Positions 17,434 to 26,849 of a DNA stretch of 64,000 bases are shown here, piece by piece. A program made the position numbers and the translations under genes. Where the stretch lies: assembly GCA_963834645.1 (NCBI GenBank), contig CAWICP010000003.1:7435-71434 (forward strand). The letters run 5' to 3'. This DNA comes from an uncultured Acidobacteriota bacterium (GTDB taxonomy: Bacteria > Acidobacteriota > Vicinamibacteria > Vicinamibacterales > JAKQTR01). How positions within the stretch are numbered: position 1 is the first letter of the stretch; every line of letters begins with the position of its first letter. The notes under the pieces were generated by a model. That model saw nothing but the letters and a program-made list of their open reading frames with translations, had not been told where the DNA came from and searched no databases.

Positions 17434-19533
17434 ATGAAATCACGCAGGTTCATCGTTCCGCTCCTCGCGCTCGCCGTGCTGGCCGGCGCGTTCGGCGTGG
17501 CACTCCGCGCCGAAGAAGGGTTCTGGCCCTACAACCTCGTCCCGAAAGCCGCGATCAAGGCCAAGTACAAGTTCGACGTCACCGACCAGTGGCTGAAGCA
17601 CCTGCAGCTGGCCACGGTGCACTTCGGCGGCGCCACCGGGTCGATCGTGTCGCCGCAGGGCCTGGTGCTCACCAACCACCACGTCGGCCTCCGTTCCCTG
17701 CAGCAGTTGAGCACGCCGGAGAAGGACCTGGTCAAGCACGGGTTCCTCGCGCCGACCATGGCCGACGAGCTGAAAGTGCCCGGCCTGTCGCTGCGGGTCC
17801 TCCAGAGCATCGAGGACGTCACGGCCAAGGTGGCCGCCGCCGTGACGCCGAACATGACGCCGCAGGAGATCGCCGCGGCGCGGCAGAAGGCCATCCAGGA
17901 GATCCAGGGTTCGCCGGAGCAGGGCGTCAGCCGGCAGGTCGTGGCGCTCTACGCCGGCGCCGTGCATCATCTCTACACCTACAAGACCTTCAACGACGTG
18001 CGGCTGGTGTTCGGCGTCGAGTACCAGACCGGGTTCTATGGCGGCGACGCGGACAACTTCACGTATCCGCGCTACAACATCGACGTCTCGATGTTCCGGC
18101 TGTACGAGAACGACAAGCCGGCCCAGACGCCCAATTACCTCAGGTGGTCTCCGAAGGGATCGGCGGCCGGCGAGCTGGTGTTCACGACCGGCCACCCGGG
18201 CTCGACGCAGCGCCTCAACACCGCGGCGCACTTCGAGTACCGCCGCGACATGGCGCTGCCCTTCTCGATCGCCAACCTCGAGATGCGCGAAGCGGCGGTG
18301 AAGAAGTGGATGGCGCAGAGCGACGAGAACGCGCGCCAGGGCACGACCGAACTCTTCGGCATCCAGAACAGCCTGAAGTCGCAGCGCGGCCAGCTGAAGG
18401 GCCTGCAGGACCCGGCGGTGATGGCCAAGAAGAAAGCCGCCGAGGCGCGGCTGCGCGCCGAACTGGCGAAGAACCCGGCCAAGCAGGCGGAACTGGGCGA
18501 CGCGTGGGACGTCATCGCGAAGTCCCTCGGCGTGGCGCGCGAGATCGACGCCGAGCGCAATTTCGTCGCGAACGCGGCGGGCCTGAACTCGACCCTGTTC
18601 GCGCAGGCGCGCCAGATGGTGCGCGCGGCCTACAATCCGCCGGCGGCGGGCGCGGCCGGCCGCGGCGGCCAGGCTCCGGCCGCCATGCCCGCGGGCGGGC
18701 CGGGCGGCGGCCGCGGAGGGGCGCAGGCGCCGATCAACCTGGCGCGCGAGAAGCTCAACCTGACCGAGTCGCTCGCGTTCATGCAGAAGCACCTGGGCGC
18801 CGACCATGCCATCGTCAAGCGCATCCTCGCCGGCAAGACGCCCGAGGCGCGCGCGGCCGAACTGGTCGACGGCACCCGGATCACGGACAGTGAAATCCGC
18901 ACGCTGCTGAGGGCGGGCGGCAGGGCCACCATCGACGCCTCGAGCGATCCGATGATCGTGCTCGCGCGCTCCCTCGAAGCGGACGCGCAGGCCGTCACCA
19001 AGCGCTTCGACAGCGACGTCGCCGCGGTCCAGGCCGCCGCGTACCCGAAGATCGGACAGGCCGTCTTCGCCGTCGACGGGGCGAAGGCGTATCCCGACGC
19101 GACGCTCACGCTGCGCCTCTCATACGGCACGGTGAAGGGGTATCTCGAGGACGGCAAGCAGATCCCGCCGTACACCAACGTCGCCGGCCTCTACGAGCGC
19201 GCCGCCCAGCACCAGGGCCAGCCGGACTACGCGCTGGCGCCCAAGTGGACCGAGGCCAAGGCGAGCCTCGACCCGAAGACGCCCTTCAACTTCGTCAGCA
19301 CCAACGACATCGTCGGCGGCAACAGCGGGTCGGCGGTGGTCAACAAGAAGGGTGAGATCGTCGGGTTGATCTTCGACGGCAACATCCAGTCGCTGCCCGG
19401 CTACTTCATCTACGACGAGTCGGTGAACCGCGCGGTGTCGGTCGACTCGCGCGTGATCCTCGAGTCCCTGAGGAAGGTGTACAAGGCCGATGCCCTCGCG
19501 AACGAGATCGCGGGCGCGCCAGCCAGAAAGTAG
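17434..19533 (+). CDS. S46 family dipeptidyl-peptidase (DPP7/DPP11-like)
   Basis: The signal peptide is followed by EEGFWPYNLVP. The catalytic His context is LTNHHVG and the catalytic Ser context is VGGNSGSAVVNKKGEIVGLIFDGN. The 700-aa reading frame is intact. Confidence 0.85.
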   Translation: MKSRRFIVPLLALAVLAGAFGVALRAEEGFWPYNLVPKAAIKAKYKFDVTDQWLKHLQLATVHFGGATGSIVSPQGLVLTNHHVGLRSLQQLSTPEKDLVKHGFLAPTMADELKVPGLSLRVLQSIEDVTAKVAAAVTPNMTPQEIAAARQKAIQEIQGSPEQGVSRQVVALYAGAVHHLYTYKTFNDVRLVFGVEYQTGFYGGDADNFTYPRYNIDVSMFRLYENDKPAQTPNYLRWSPKGSAAGELVFTTGHPGSTQRLNTAAHFEYRRDMALPFSIANLEMREAAVKKWMAQSDENARQGTTELFGIQNSLKSQRGQLKGLQDPAVMAKKKAAEARLRAELAKNPAKQAELGDAWDVIAKSLGVAREIDAERNFVANAAGLNSTLFAQARQMVRAAYNPPAAGAAGRGGQAPAAMPAGGPGGGRGGAQAPINLAREKLNLTESLAFMQKHLGADHAIVKRILAGKTPEARAAELVDGTRITDSEIRTLLRAGGRATIDASSDPMIVLARSLEADAQAVTKRFDSDVAAVQAAAYPKIGQAVFAVDGAKAYPDATLTLRLSYGTVKGYLEDGKQIPPYTNVAGLYERAAQHQGQPDYALAPKWTEAKASLDPKTPFNFVSTNDIVGGNSGSAVVNKKGEIVGLIFDGNIQSLPGYFIYDESVNRAVSVDSRVILESLRKVYKADALANEIAGAPARK

Positions 19534-19539
19534 CGTACG

Positions 19540-19577
19540 GCGAAGCGGGGTCAGACCCGGGTCTGACCCCACTTCGC
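19540..19577. terminator. bidirectional stem-loop between convergent genes
   Basis: GCGAAGCGGGGTCAGACCC/GGGTCTGACCCCACTTCGC is a near-perfect palindrome. It lies between the TAG at 19531-19533 and the minus-strand stop at 19580-19582. Confidence 0.7.
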
Positions 19578-19579
19578 GT

Positions 19580-19759
19580 CTAGGGAAGATCCTCGTCGCC
19601 CTGGTCCGGGTCGAGGTCCTGGGTGCGGCCCGACACGGCCGGGACCTGGCCGCAGCAGCCGGCCGTCATGCACTCATCGCACAGCGTCAGCCCGCACAAG
19701 CCGCAGTAATCGAATGCCTCCGCGCCGGAAGGCCCGGCCCCGCAACGTTCACACTGCAT
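19580..19759 (-). CDS. 59-aa Cys-rich (10 Cys) zinc-ribbon-like protein with an acidic tail
   Basis: The product is MQCERCGAGPSGAEAFDYCGLCGLTLCDECMTAGCCGQVPAVSGRTQDLDPDQGDEDLP, preceded by GGAAGGAGG. Only the 3' end of the 456-aa ORF 19580-20950 looks coding. Confidence 0.55.
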   Translation of the reverse strand: MQCERCGAGPSGAEAFDYCGLCGLTLCDECMTAGCCGQVPAVSGRTQDLDPDQGDEDLP

Positions 19760-19906
19760 GGCTGCGCCTCCTTCCGTCAGCTCCGGCTGATGCCGGCCGC
19801 AGGTCGAGTCTAGCGCCGCCCCGGCCGGCCGACAAGCGTCCCGCCGGGGGGCCGTCCCTCGTGTGCTACCATGCGCGGCCATGTGTGCCTTCCCAGGAGC
19901 GTGTTC

Positions 19907-22900
19907 ATGAAACGACTCTTCTTCGCTTCGACGGTCGCGGTCGCGCTGGCGGCCACGGCCATGGTCGGCGCAGGCCAGGGCCCGGGTGCGGCGCCGGGCG
20001 GCCTCACGGCCGACGTCCTCAAGGGCATCCAGCTCCGGAGCATCGGGCCGGCGCTCGCGACCGGGCGAATCGTCGACGTCCAGATCGACCCGAAGAACCC
20101 GAACGTCTGGTACGTGGTGAGCGCCTTCGGCGGCCTCTGGAAGACCGTCAACCGCGGCACCACCTTCACCCCGATCTTCGACGATGGCGGGTCGTTTACC
20201 TTGTCGACCATCGCCATCGATCCGAAGGACTCGAACGTGCTCTATCTCGGCACGGGCGAAGGCAACAGCCAGCGCAGCGCCCACTTCGGTGACGGCGTCT
20301 ACAAGTCGACCGACGCGGGCGCGACGTGGAAACGGGTCGGCCTGGAGACATCGGAGCACATCGGCAAGATCCTGATCGATCCCCGCAACTCGAACGTGGT
20401 CTACGTCGCCTCGCAGGGCCCCCTCTGGTCTCCGGGCGGCGAGCGCGGCCTGTACAAGACCACCGACGGCGGCACGACGTGGACACCGGTGCTGACGATC
20501 AGCCCCGACACGGGCATCAGCGACATCGTGTTCGACCCGAAGAACCCGGACATCCTGTTCGCGTCGGCCTACCAGCGGCGGCGGGCGGTCGGCCAGATGA
20601 TCGGCGGCGGGCCTGAAGGCGGCATCTTCAAGACCACCAACGCCGGCAAGACGTGGACGAAGCTGACCAAGGGCCTTCCCACGGGCGACATGGGCCGCGT
20701 GGGCTTCGCCGTCGACGGCCGCAAGACGCCGGCCACGCTGTTCGCCATTGTCGACGCCAAGCGGGAGGAATCCGGCTTCTATCGTTCGGATGACGGCGGC
20801 ACGACGTGGGCGCGCATCGGCCGGATGCCGCCGGCGGCAGGGTCGCGGCGGCGGGGCCGGCGGGCCCCAGGCCGTGGCGCCCCAGGCCGCCGCCGCGCGC
20901 GGCGCGCAGGCGGCTCCGCCGGCAGCCCGCCGGCAGCCGCCGGCAGCCACGCCGCAGCGCGGGGCCGGCGCCGCGCCGCAGCCGACGCCGGCCGGAACGA
21001 CGGCCGTCGACGACTGGTACCGCGGCGGCGGCGCGCAGTATTACCACGAGATCTTCGTCGACCCGCACCGGCCCGACACGATTTACTCGATGAACGTCAA
21101 CGTCGAGCGAAGCACCGACGGCGGCAAGACCTGGGGCCGCACGAACTGGGAGAACTACGGCGGCAACGGCCTCAACGTCCACGTCGATCACCACCACCTG
21201 ACGTTCGACCCGTCGGACAGGCGCCACATGCTGCTCGCCAACGACGGCGGCCTGTACGAGACCTACGACGAGGGCGCGACGTGGCGCTTCTTCGCCAACC
21301 TCCCGATCTCGCAGTTCTACCGGGTGTCGACGGACAACGCGAAGCCGTTCTACAACGTCTGCGGCGGCACGCAGGACAACTGGTCGTTCTGCGGCCCCTC
21401 GCGCTCGACCAACCGGTGGGGCGTGCGCACGAGCGACTGGTTCATCGTGGCGGGCGGCGACGGCTTCCAGACACGCAACGACCCCGAGGACCCGAACATC
21501 ATCTACGCGTCCTCCCAGGACGGCAACATCTCGCGCTTCGACGCGCGGACGGGCGTCTCGAGGTCGATCCGCCCGCCGCAGTCGCGCGCCGGCCGGGGGG
21601 AGGAGGCGGCGGCAGCGACGCGATGGGGGGCAGTGCGCCACAGGCGGCGGCGCCGCAGGCGGGCCGGGGAGGCCAGGCCGGCGCACCCGCGGGCGGCGGC
21701 GACCGGACAAACTGGGACGCGCCCTACATCATCAGCCCGCACGCGCCGAAGCGGCTCTACTGGGCGAGCAACCGCCTCTATCGCAGCGACGACCGCGGCG
21801 ACTCGTGGACGGTCATCAGCCCCGATCTCTCGCGCAACCTGAACCGGGACGAGATCCCGATCATGGGCAAGCTGTGGCCGACCGACTCGATCGCGCGCAA
21901 CACGTCGACCACCGCGCTGAGCAACATCGTCTCGCTCGACGAGTCGCCGCTTGCCGAGGGCCTGATCTACGTCGGGACCGACGACGGGCTGGTGCAGGTG
22001 ACGGAGGACGGCGGCAAGAACTGGCGCCGGGTCGAGGACTTCCCGGGCGTGCCGAAGTGGACGTACGTGACCGACGTGTTCGCGTCGCCGCGTGACGCGA
22101 ACACGGTGTTCGCGACGCTGAACAACTGGCAGCGCGGCGACTACAAGCCCTACATCGTCAGGAGCGCCGATCGCGGGCGCACCTGGACGAACATCACCGG
22201 CAACCTGCCGGCGCGGCACGATGTCTGGTCGATCATCCAGGACCACCTGAACGGCGACCTGCTGTTTGCGGGCACCGAGTTCGGGCTGTTCGCCTCGTTC
22301 GATGGCGGGAAGGCGTGGGTGCAGCTCAAGGGCGGCATGCCGCCGATCCAGGTGCGCGACATGACGGTCCAGCGCCGCGAGAACGACCTCGTGCTCGCGA
22401 CGTTCGGCCGCGGGTTCTACATCCTCGACGACTACAGCGCGCTGCGCGAGATCACGGCGCAGACGCTGGCAGAGGACGCCAGGCTCTTCCCGCTGCGCGA
22501 CGCGCCGCTGTTCAGCCAGACCGGCCTCGCACCGGCCGGCACCGCGGGCATCGGCCCGCTGGCCGGGAACTGGATCGCGCCCAACCCGCCGTTCGGGGCC
22601 GTCTTCACCTACTCGGTGGCGAAGGAGCCGGCGGCAGACGCCAAGCTGGTGCTGACCATCGCCGACGAGACGGGCAAACAGGTGCGCCGGATCGACCTGG
22701 ACAAGTCGGTCGGACTTCGCAGGGTGGCCTGGAACCTCCGCGGCGATCCGCCGGTTGCTGCTCCCGCGTCGGGCGCGGGCGGCGGGCCGGGCCAGGCCGC
22801 CGGCGGAGCGGCCGGGTTCGGCCGCGGCCAGATGGCGGCGCCAGTCGCGGCCGGGCGCTATCGCGCGACGCTCGGCACGCTGGTCGGCGACAAGGTCACC

Positions 22901-22948
22901 CCGATCGGCGAGCCCCGGGCGTTCCACGTCTTCGTGGTTCCGCAGTAG
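19907..22948 (+). CDS. BNR/sortilin (VPS10)-like repeat glycosidase-like protein, secreted; about 760 nt of the middle are out of frame between two compensating frameshifts
   Basis: AGGAG precedes ATG 19907, and a signal peptide follows. SxDxGxTW-type repeats are present ([96 protein letters not shown]). The true central part ([18 protein letters not shown]...GGTQDNWS) lies in ORF 20748-21842. Confidence 0.8.
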   Translation: MKRLFFASTVAVALAATAMVGAGQGPGAAPGGLTADVLKGIQLRSIGPALATGRIVDVQIDPKNPNVWYVVSAFGGLWKTVNRGTTFTPIFDDGGSFTLSTIAIDPKDSNVLYLGTGEGNSQRSAHFGDGVYKSTDAGATWKRVGLETSEHIGKILIDPRNSNVVYVASQGPLWSPGGERGLYKTTDGGTTWTPVLTISPDTGISDIVFDPKNPDILFASAYQRRRAVGQMIGGGPEGGIFKTTNAGKTWTKLTKGLPTGDMGRVGFAVDGRKTPATLFAIVDAKREESGFYRSDDGGTTWARIGRMPPAAGSRRRGRRAPGRGAPGRRRARRAGGSAGSPPAAAGSHAAARGRRRAAADAGRNDGRRRLVPRRRRAVLPRDLRRPAPARHDLLDERQRRAKHRRRQDLGPHELGELRRQRPQRPRRSPPPDVRPVGQAPHAARQRRRPVRDLRRGRDVALLRQPPDLAVLPGVDGQREAVLQRLRRHAGQLVVLRPLALDQPVGRAHERLVHRGGRRRLPDTQRPRGPEHHLRVLPGRQHLALRRADGRLEVDPPAAVARRPGGGGGGSDAMGGSAPQAAAPQAGRGGQAGAPAGGGDRTNWDAPYIISPHAPKRLYWASNRLYRSDDRGDSWTVISPDLSRNLNRDEIPIMGKLWPTDSIARNTSTTALSNIVSLDESPLAEGLIYVGTDDGLVQVTEDGGKNWRRVEDFPGVPKWTYVTDVFASPRDANTVFATLNNWQRGDYKPYIVRSADRGRTWTNITGNLPARHDVWSIIQDHLNGDLLFAGTEFGLFASFDGGKAWVQLKGGMPPIQVRDMTVQRRENDLVLATFGRGFYILDDYSALREITAQTLAEDARLFPLRDAPLFSQTGLAPAGTAGIGPLAGNWIAPNPPFGAVFTYSVAKEPAADAKLVLTIADETGKQVRRIDLDKSVGLRRVAWNLRGDPPVAAPASGAGGGPGQAAGGAAGFGRGQMAAPVAAGRYRATLGTLVGDKVTPIGEPRAFHVFVVPQ

Positions 22949-22972
22949 GACCGGGCCATCGCCCGCCTCTTG

Positions 22973-23014
22973 CCCCGGCTCCGCGGCGCGCGCCGCGGAG
23001 CCGGGGCCGTTTTG
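22973..23014 (+). terminator. rho-independent terminator
   Basis: A 16-bp GC-rich stem, CCCCGGCTCCGCGGCG-cg-CGCCGCGGAGCCGGGG, is followed by CCGTTTTG. It starts 25 nt after the stop at 22948. Confidence 0.8.
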
Positions 23015-23212
23015 CGCCTGCCCGATTAGACCATCCAGCCAAACTGGTCAGTCCTGTCAGGGAAGATGTCCGCCGACGGGACCAGCCTTGGGCTGGCGTC
23101 CGCGCCGGCCAGGAAATGAGCGAAGACACATGGCGAATGCCCCTTGACACGATGCCACGCAGACGCATAACGTGTGCGAAGTGGATTGGCCTTTGTGTCC
23201 TGATTCACGATG

Positions 23213-23223
23213 TGGTCAGACCA
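23213..23223. promoter_or_regulatory. candidate GntR/FadR-type operator TGGTCAGACCA upstream of the SDR-larA-gnd-kinase operon
   Basis: A perfect TGGTC-A-GACCA inverted repeat lies 66 nt upstream of ATG 23289 and downstream of a TTGACA at 23144-23149. The same GGTCAGACCA 10-mer recurs at 34125-34134 upstream of the GntR regulator gene. Confidence 0.45.
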
Positions 23224-23288
23224 AAGCGACATCTTCTGGCTCCCTCAACCAGCCCTCTGGCCGCCTGGCGCGGCCTCCGGAGATCGCC

Positions 23289-24122
23289 ATGACTGTGGCC
23301 CAGATCGATCGCGCCCGTGACTTCACCGGACAGACGGTGGCCATCACCGGGGGCACGGGAGTGCTCGGCGGCGAGATGGCGTGCGCGCTGGCCTGTCTGG
23401 GCGCCAACGTCGCGATGCTCGACCGGAACGTCGCGCACGCCGCGGCGCTCATGGAGCGGATGGGCCCGCACGCGAGCCGGGCCGCCGTCGTCGAGACCGA
23501 CGTGCTCGACCGCGCCAGCCTGGAACGGGCACTCGACCTCCTCGTGCAGCGCTTCGGCAGGGTCGATGCGCTCATCAACGCCGCCGGGGGCAATCACCCG
23601 AAGGCGACCACCGGCGCGAGCGGTTCGTTCTTCGACCTCCCGCCCGACGCCCTCCGATGGGTCTTCGACCTGAATCTCATCGGCACGATTCTGCCCTCCC
23701 AGGTGTTCGGCCGGGCGATGGCCGCGGATGGCGCCGGCACGATCCTGAACGTGTCGTCGATGAACGCGTTCAGGCCGCTCACGCGCATCGCCGCCTACTC
23801 GGCCGCGAAAGCCGGCGTGAGCAACTTCACGCAGTGGCTCGCCGTCCACATGGCGCGGGAGTACTCGCCGCGCATCCGCGTGAACGCGATTGCGCCCGGC
23901 TTCTTCCTCACCGACCAGAACCGGTTCCTGCTGACCGACGAGACAACGGGCGAACTCACGGACCGTGGCCGGACCATCATCGGCCACACGCCGATGGGCC
24001 GTTTCGGCCAGCCGGAAGACCTGCTGGGAGCCGTGCTGTGGCTCCTCTCGCCGGCGTCCGCCTTCGTGACGGGCATCATCGTGCCCATCGACGGCGGCTT
24101 CTCGGCCTTCAGCGGCGTGTAA
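23289..24122 (+). CDS. SDR family oxidoreductase, D-mannonate/fructuronate oxidoreductase-like
   Basis: It has TGGTGVLGG (cofactor motif), NAAGGN, SSMNAF, and YSAAK (catalytic YxxxK). The FFDLPPDALRWVFDLNLIGT segment is typical of UxuB/YjmF-type SDRs as I recall them. The frame is intact. Confidence 0.7.
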   Translation: MTVAQIDRARDFTGQTVAITGGTGVLGGEMACALACLGANVAMLDRNVAHAAALMERMGPHASRAAVVETDVLDRASLERALDLLVQRFGRVDALINAAGGNHPKATTGASGSFFDLPPDALRWVFDLNLIGTILPSQVFGRAMAADGAGTILNVSSMNAFRPLTRIAAYSAAKAGVSNFTQWLAVHMAREYSPRIRVNAIAPGFFLTDQNRFLLTDETTGELTDRGRTIIGHTPMGRFGQPEDLLGAVLWLLSPASAFVTGIIVPIDGGFSAFSGV

Positions 24123-24141
24123 CACGCGAGGCACAGGACCT

Positions 24142-25423
24142 ATGGTCATCGGGCACGGCGACACCACCCGCTACCTCTCGGACGCCGACGTCCGCCGCAT
24201 CGTCGCCGACGGGTTCGCCCCCGGAGGCGATCGACGGTAAACGCGTGCTCGTCCTCATTCCCGACGCCACGCGGACGATGCCGATGCCGCTGATGTTCGA
24301 GGCGCTCGCCGACACGATTGGACCGCGCGTGGCCGCGCTGGACTACCTGGTCGCCCTCGGCACGCACCAGCCGATGTCGGACGAACAACTGGGTCGCCTC
24401 GTGGGGCGCCCGGTCGCCGACGGCCGGACGGGCCGGAGCCGCGTGTTCAACCACCGGTGGGACCTCGACGGTACCTTCGCCGCGCTCGGGATCATTCCCG
24501 CCGCCGAGATGGCGGAGCTCTCGGGCGGCGTGCTCGCGGTCGACGTCCCGGTGTCGCTCAACCGGCTGCTGCTCGATTACGATCACCTCGTCATCTGCGG
24601 CCCGGTCTTCCCGCACGAGGTGGTCGGGTTCTCCGGCGGCACGAAGTACCTCGTCCCCGGCGTGGCCGGCCCCGACATCATCAACTTCACCCACTGGCTC
24701 GGCGCCCTCATCACGAGCAGCGCGGTGATCGGAGCCGGGTACACGCCCGTCCGGGCGGTGGTCGACCGCGCGGCGTCGATGGTCGATCGCCCCATGACCT
24801 GCCTGAGCCTCGTGGTGACGCACGACGGGATCGCCGGGCTGTATGTGGGGCCGCCGCGCGAATCGTGGGAGGCGGCCGCGGCGCTCTCCTCCCGGACGCA
24901 CATCGTGTGGGTGGACCGGCCCTTCACCCGTGTGCTGTCGGTGATGCCGGCGATGTACGACGATCTCTGGACGGCCGCCAAGGGGATGTACAAGCTGGAG
25001 CCCGCGATGGCCGAGGGCGGCGAAATCGTGATTTTCGCGCCGCACATCACGGAAGTCAGCTATACCCACGGCCACATCATCGACGAAGTCGGGTACCACT
25101 GCCGGGACTACTTCCTGGCGCAGTGGGACCGTTTCGGGCACTATCCGGGCGGCGTGCTGGCGCACTCGACGCACGTGAAGGGCCTCGGGACCTACGACGC
25201 GGCGGCGGGCGTCGAGACGCCCCGGATCACGGTGACGCTGGCCACCGGCATCCCGGAAGCGCGCTGCCGCCGGATCAACCTCGGCTACATGGATCCGGCG
25301 CAGGTCCGGCTGGACGAGTGGACAGGGCGCGAGGCCGACGGCATCATCGTCGTGCCGCGCGCCGGAGAGATGCTGTACCGCCTGCGCCCGGCGGCCGCCG
25401 CGGGAGCCTCACATGCAGAATGA
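24142..25423 (+). CDS. LarA-family (nickel-pincer cofactor dependent) 2-hydroxyacid racemase/epimerase homolog; N-terminal frameshift in the C5 run at 24218-24222
   Basis: The N-terminus MVIGHGDTTRYLSDADVRRIVADGFA joins EAIDGKRVLVLIPDATR. It contains ALGTHQPM and PHEVVGFSGGTKYLVPGVAGPDIINFTHW. The His-x10-Lys-x16-His spacing matches LarA His174/Lys184/His200 as I recall them. Confidence 0.75.
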
Positions 25424-26816
25424 CATCGGTGTCGTCGGCCTCGGAGTCATGGGCGCCAACCTGGCGCTCAACATGGAGCGCAACGGCTTTCGCATCGCCG
25501 GCTACGATCTCGAGGCCGCCAAGGGGCAGGCGTTCGCGGCCGGGCCGGCCGCGGGCCGCCACGTCGAGGTGGCGGCGTCGCCGGACCGGCTGATGGAGAT
25601 GCTCGCGCGCCCGCGCCGCGTCCTGATGATGGTGCCCGCCGGCGCCGCCGTCGACAGCGCCATCGCGCATCTCAAGCCGCACCTGCAGGGCGGCGACATC
25701 CTGATAGACGGCGGCAACTCCTGGTTCCTCGACACCGAGCGCCGGAGCAAGGCGCTCTCGGCCGACGGCTTCCAGTTCATCGGCACGGGCGTCTCGGGCG
25801 GCGAGCAGGGCGCGCTGTGGGGCCCCGCCATCATGCCGGGCGGGCAGCGCGAGGCGTGGGAGGCGCTCGCGCCGATCCTGCGGGCGATCGCGGCGAAAGC
25901 GGACGATGGCGAGCCCTGCGTGGATTACATGGGGCCTGGCGGAGCCGGGCACTACGTCAAGATGGTCCACAACGGCATCGAGTACGGCGACATGCAGCTC
26001 ATCGCCGAGGCGTACGACCTGCTCGCGCGCGGGCTGCGCCTCCCGGCGAAGGAACTGAGCGCGGTCTTCGAGGAGTGGAACGCCGGCGACCTGCGATCGT
26101 ACCTCGTCGAGATTACGGCCGAAGTGCTCGCGCGGACGGATCCGGAGACCGGCCGGCCGCTGGTCGACCTCATCCTCGACGAGGCGCAGCAGAAGGGCAC
26201 CGGCAAGTGGACCAGCCAGCACGCCTTCGACATCGGCGCGCCGATTCCCACCATCAACGCCGCCGTCGAGAGCCGCATCCTGTCGGCGCTCAAGGCCGAG
26301 CGCGTCCACGCGAGCCGCGTCCTGCACGGGCCGCCGCCGCACTACCACGGCCGGCGCGAGCGCCTGATCGAGGCGGTGAGGGCGGCGCTCTACGCGAGCA
26401 AGGTCACGTCGTACGCGCAGGGGTTCGGCCTGCTGCGCATGGCGTCGGCGGAGTATGGCTACGACCTGCAGGCCGGAACGATCGCGAGGATCTGGCGCGC
26501 AGGCTGTATCATCCGCGCCTCCCTGCTCGGCGACATCATGGCCGCCTACCAGCGCGACGCCGCGCTTCCGAATCTCCTGCTCGACGACACGTTCCGGCAG
26601 GCCATCGAACGCCGCCAGGGCTCATGGCGGTTCGCGGTGCAGGTCGCCGTGGAATTGGGGATCCCGGTGCCCGCGATGAGCGCGTCGCTCGCCTATTTCG
26701 ACGCGTACCGCAGCGAGCGGCTGCCGGCCAACCTGACGCAGGGACAGCGCGACTACTTCGGCGCGCACACGTACCGGCGCATCGACAAGCCCGGTGTGTT
26801 CCACACCGAGTGGTAA
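25413..26816 (+). CDS. gnd: 6-phosphogluconate dehydrogenase, decarboxylating
   Basis: Intact 467-aa ORF with GLGVMGANLALN, GGNSWF, GTGVSGGEQGA, GAGHYVKMVHNGIEYGDMQLI, and QRDYFGAHTY. It overlaps the upstream gene by 11 nt. Confidence 0.92.
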   Translation: MQNDIGVVGLGVMGANLALNMERNGFRIAGYDLEAAKGQAFAAGPAAGRHVEVAASPDRLMEMLARPRRVLMMVPAGAAVDSAIAHLKPHLQGGDILIDGGNSWFLDTERRSKALSADGFQFIGTGVSGGEQGALWGPAIMPGGQREAWEALAPILRAIAAKADDGEPCVDYMGPGGAGHYVKMVHNGIEYGDMQLIAEAYDLLARGLRLPAKELSAVFEEWNAGDLRSYLVEITAEVLARTDPETGRPLVDLILDEAQQKGTGKWTSQHAFDIGAPIPTINAAVESRILSALKAERVHASRVLHGPPPHYHGRRERLIEAVRAALYASKVTSYAQGFGLLRMASAEYGYDLQAGTIARIWRAGCIIRASLLGDIMAAYQRDAALPNLLLDDTFRQAIERRQGSWRFAVQVAVELGIPVPAMSASLAYFDAYRSERLPANLTQGQRDYFGAHTYRRIDKPGVFHTEW

Positions 26817-26849
26817 CGGCGGGAGATCGCGCGACGGGGAGATGACGAC

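Noticed and set aside
17440-18807. 455-aa minus-strand ORF; likewise 44241-45641 (466 aa) and 61412-62647 (411 aa)
   Set aside because: These are antisense to the S46 peptidase, udk/YpfJ and htrA respectively, and have wrong-frame composition.
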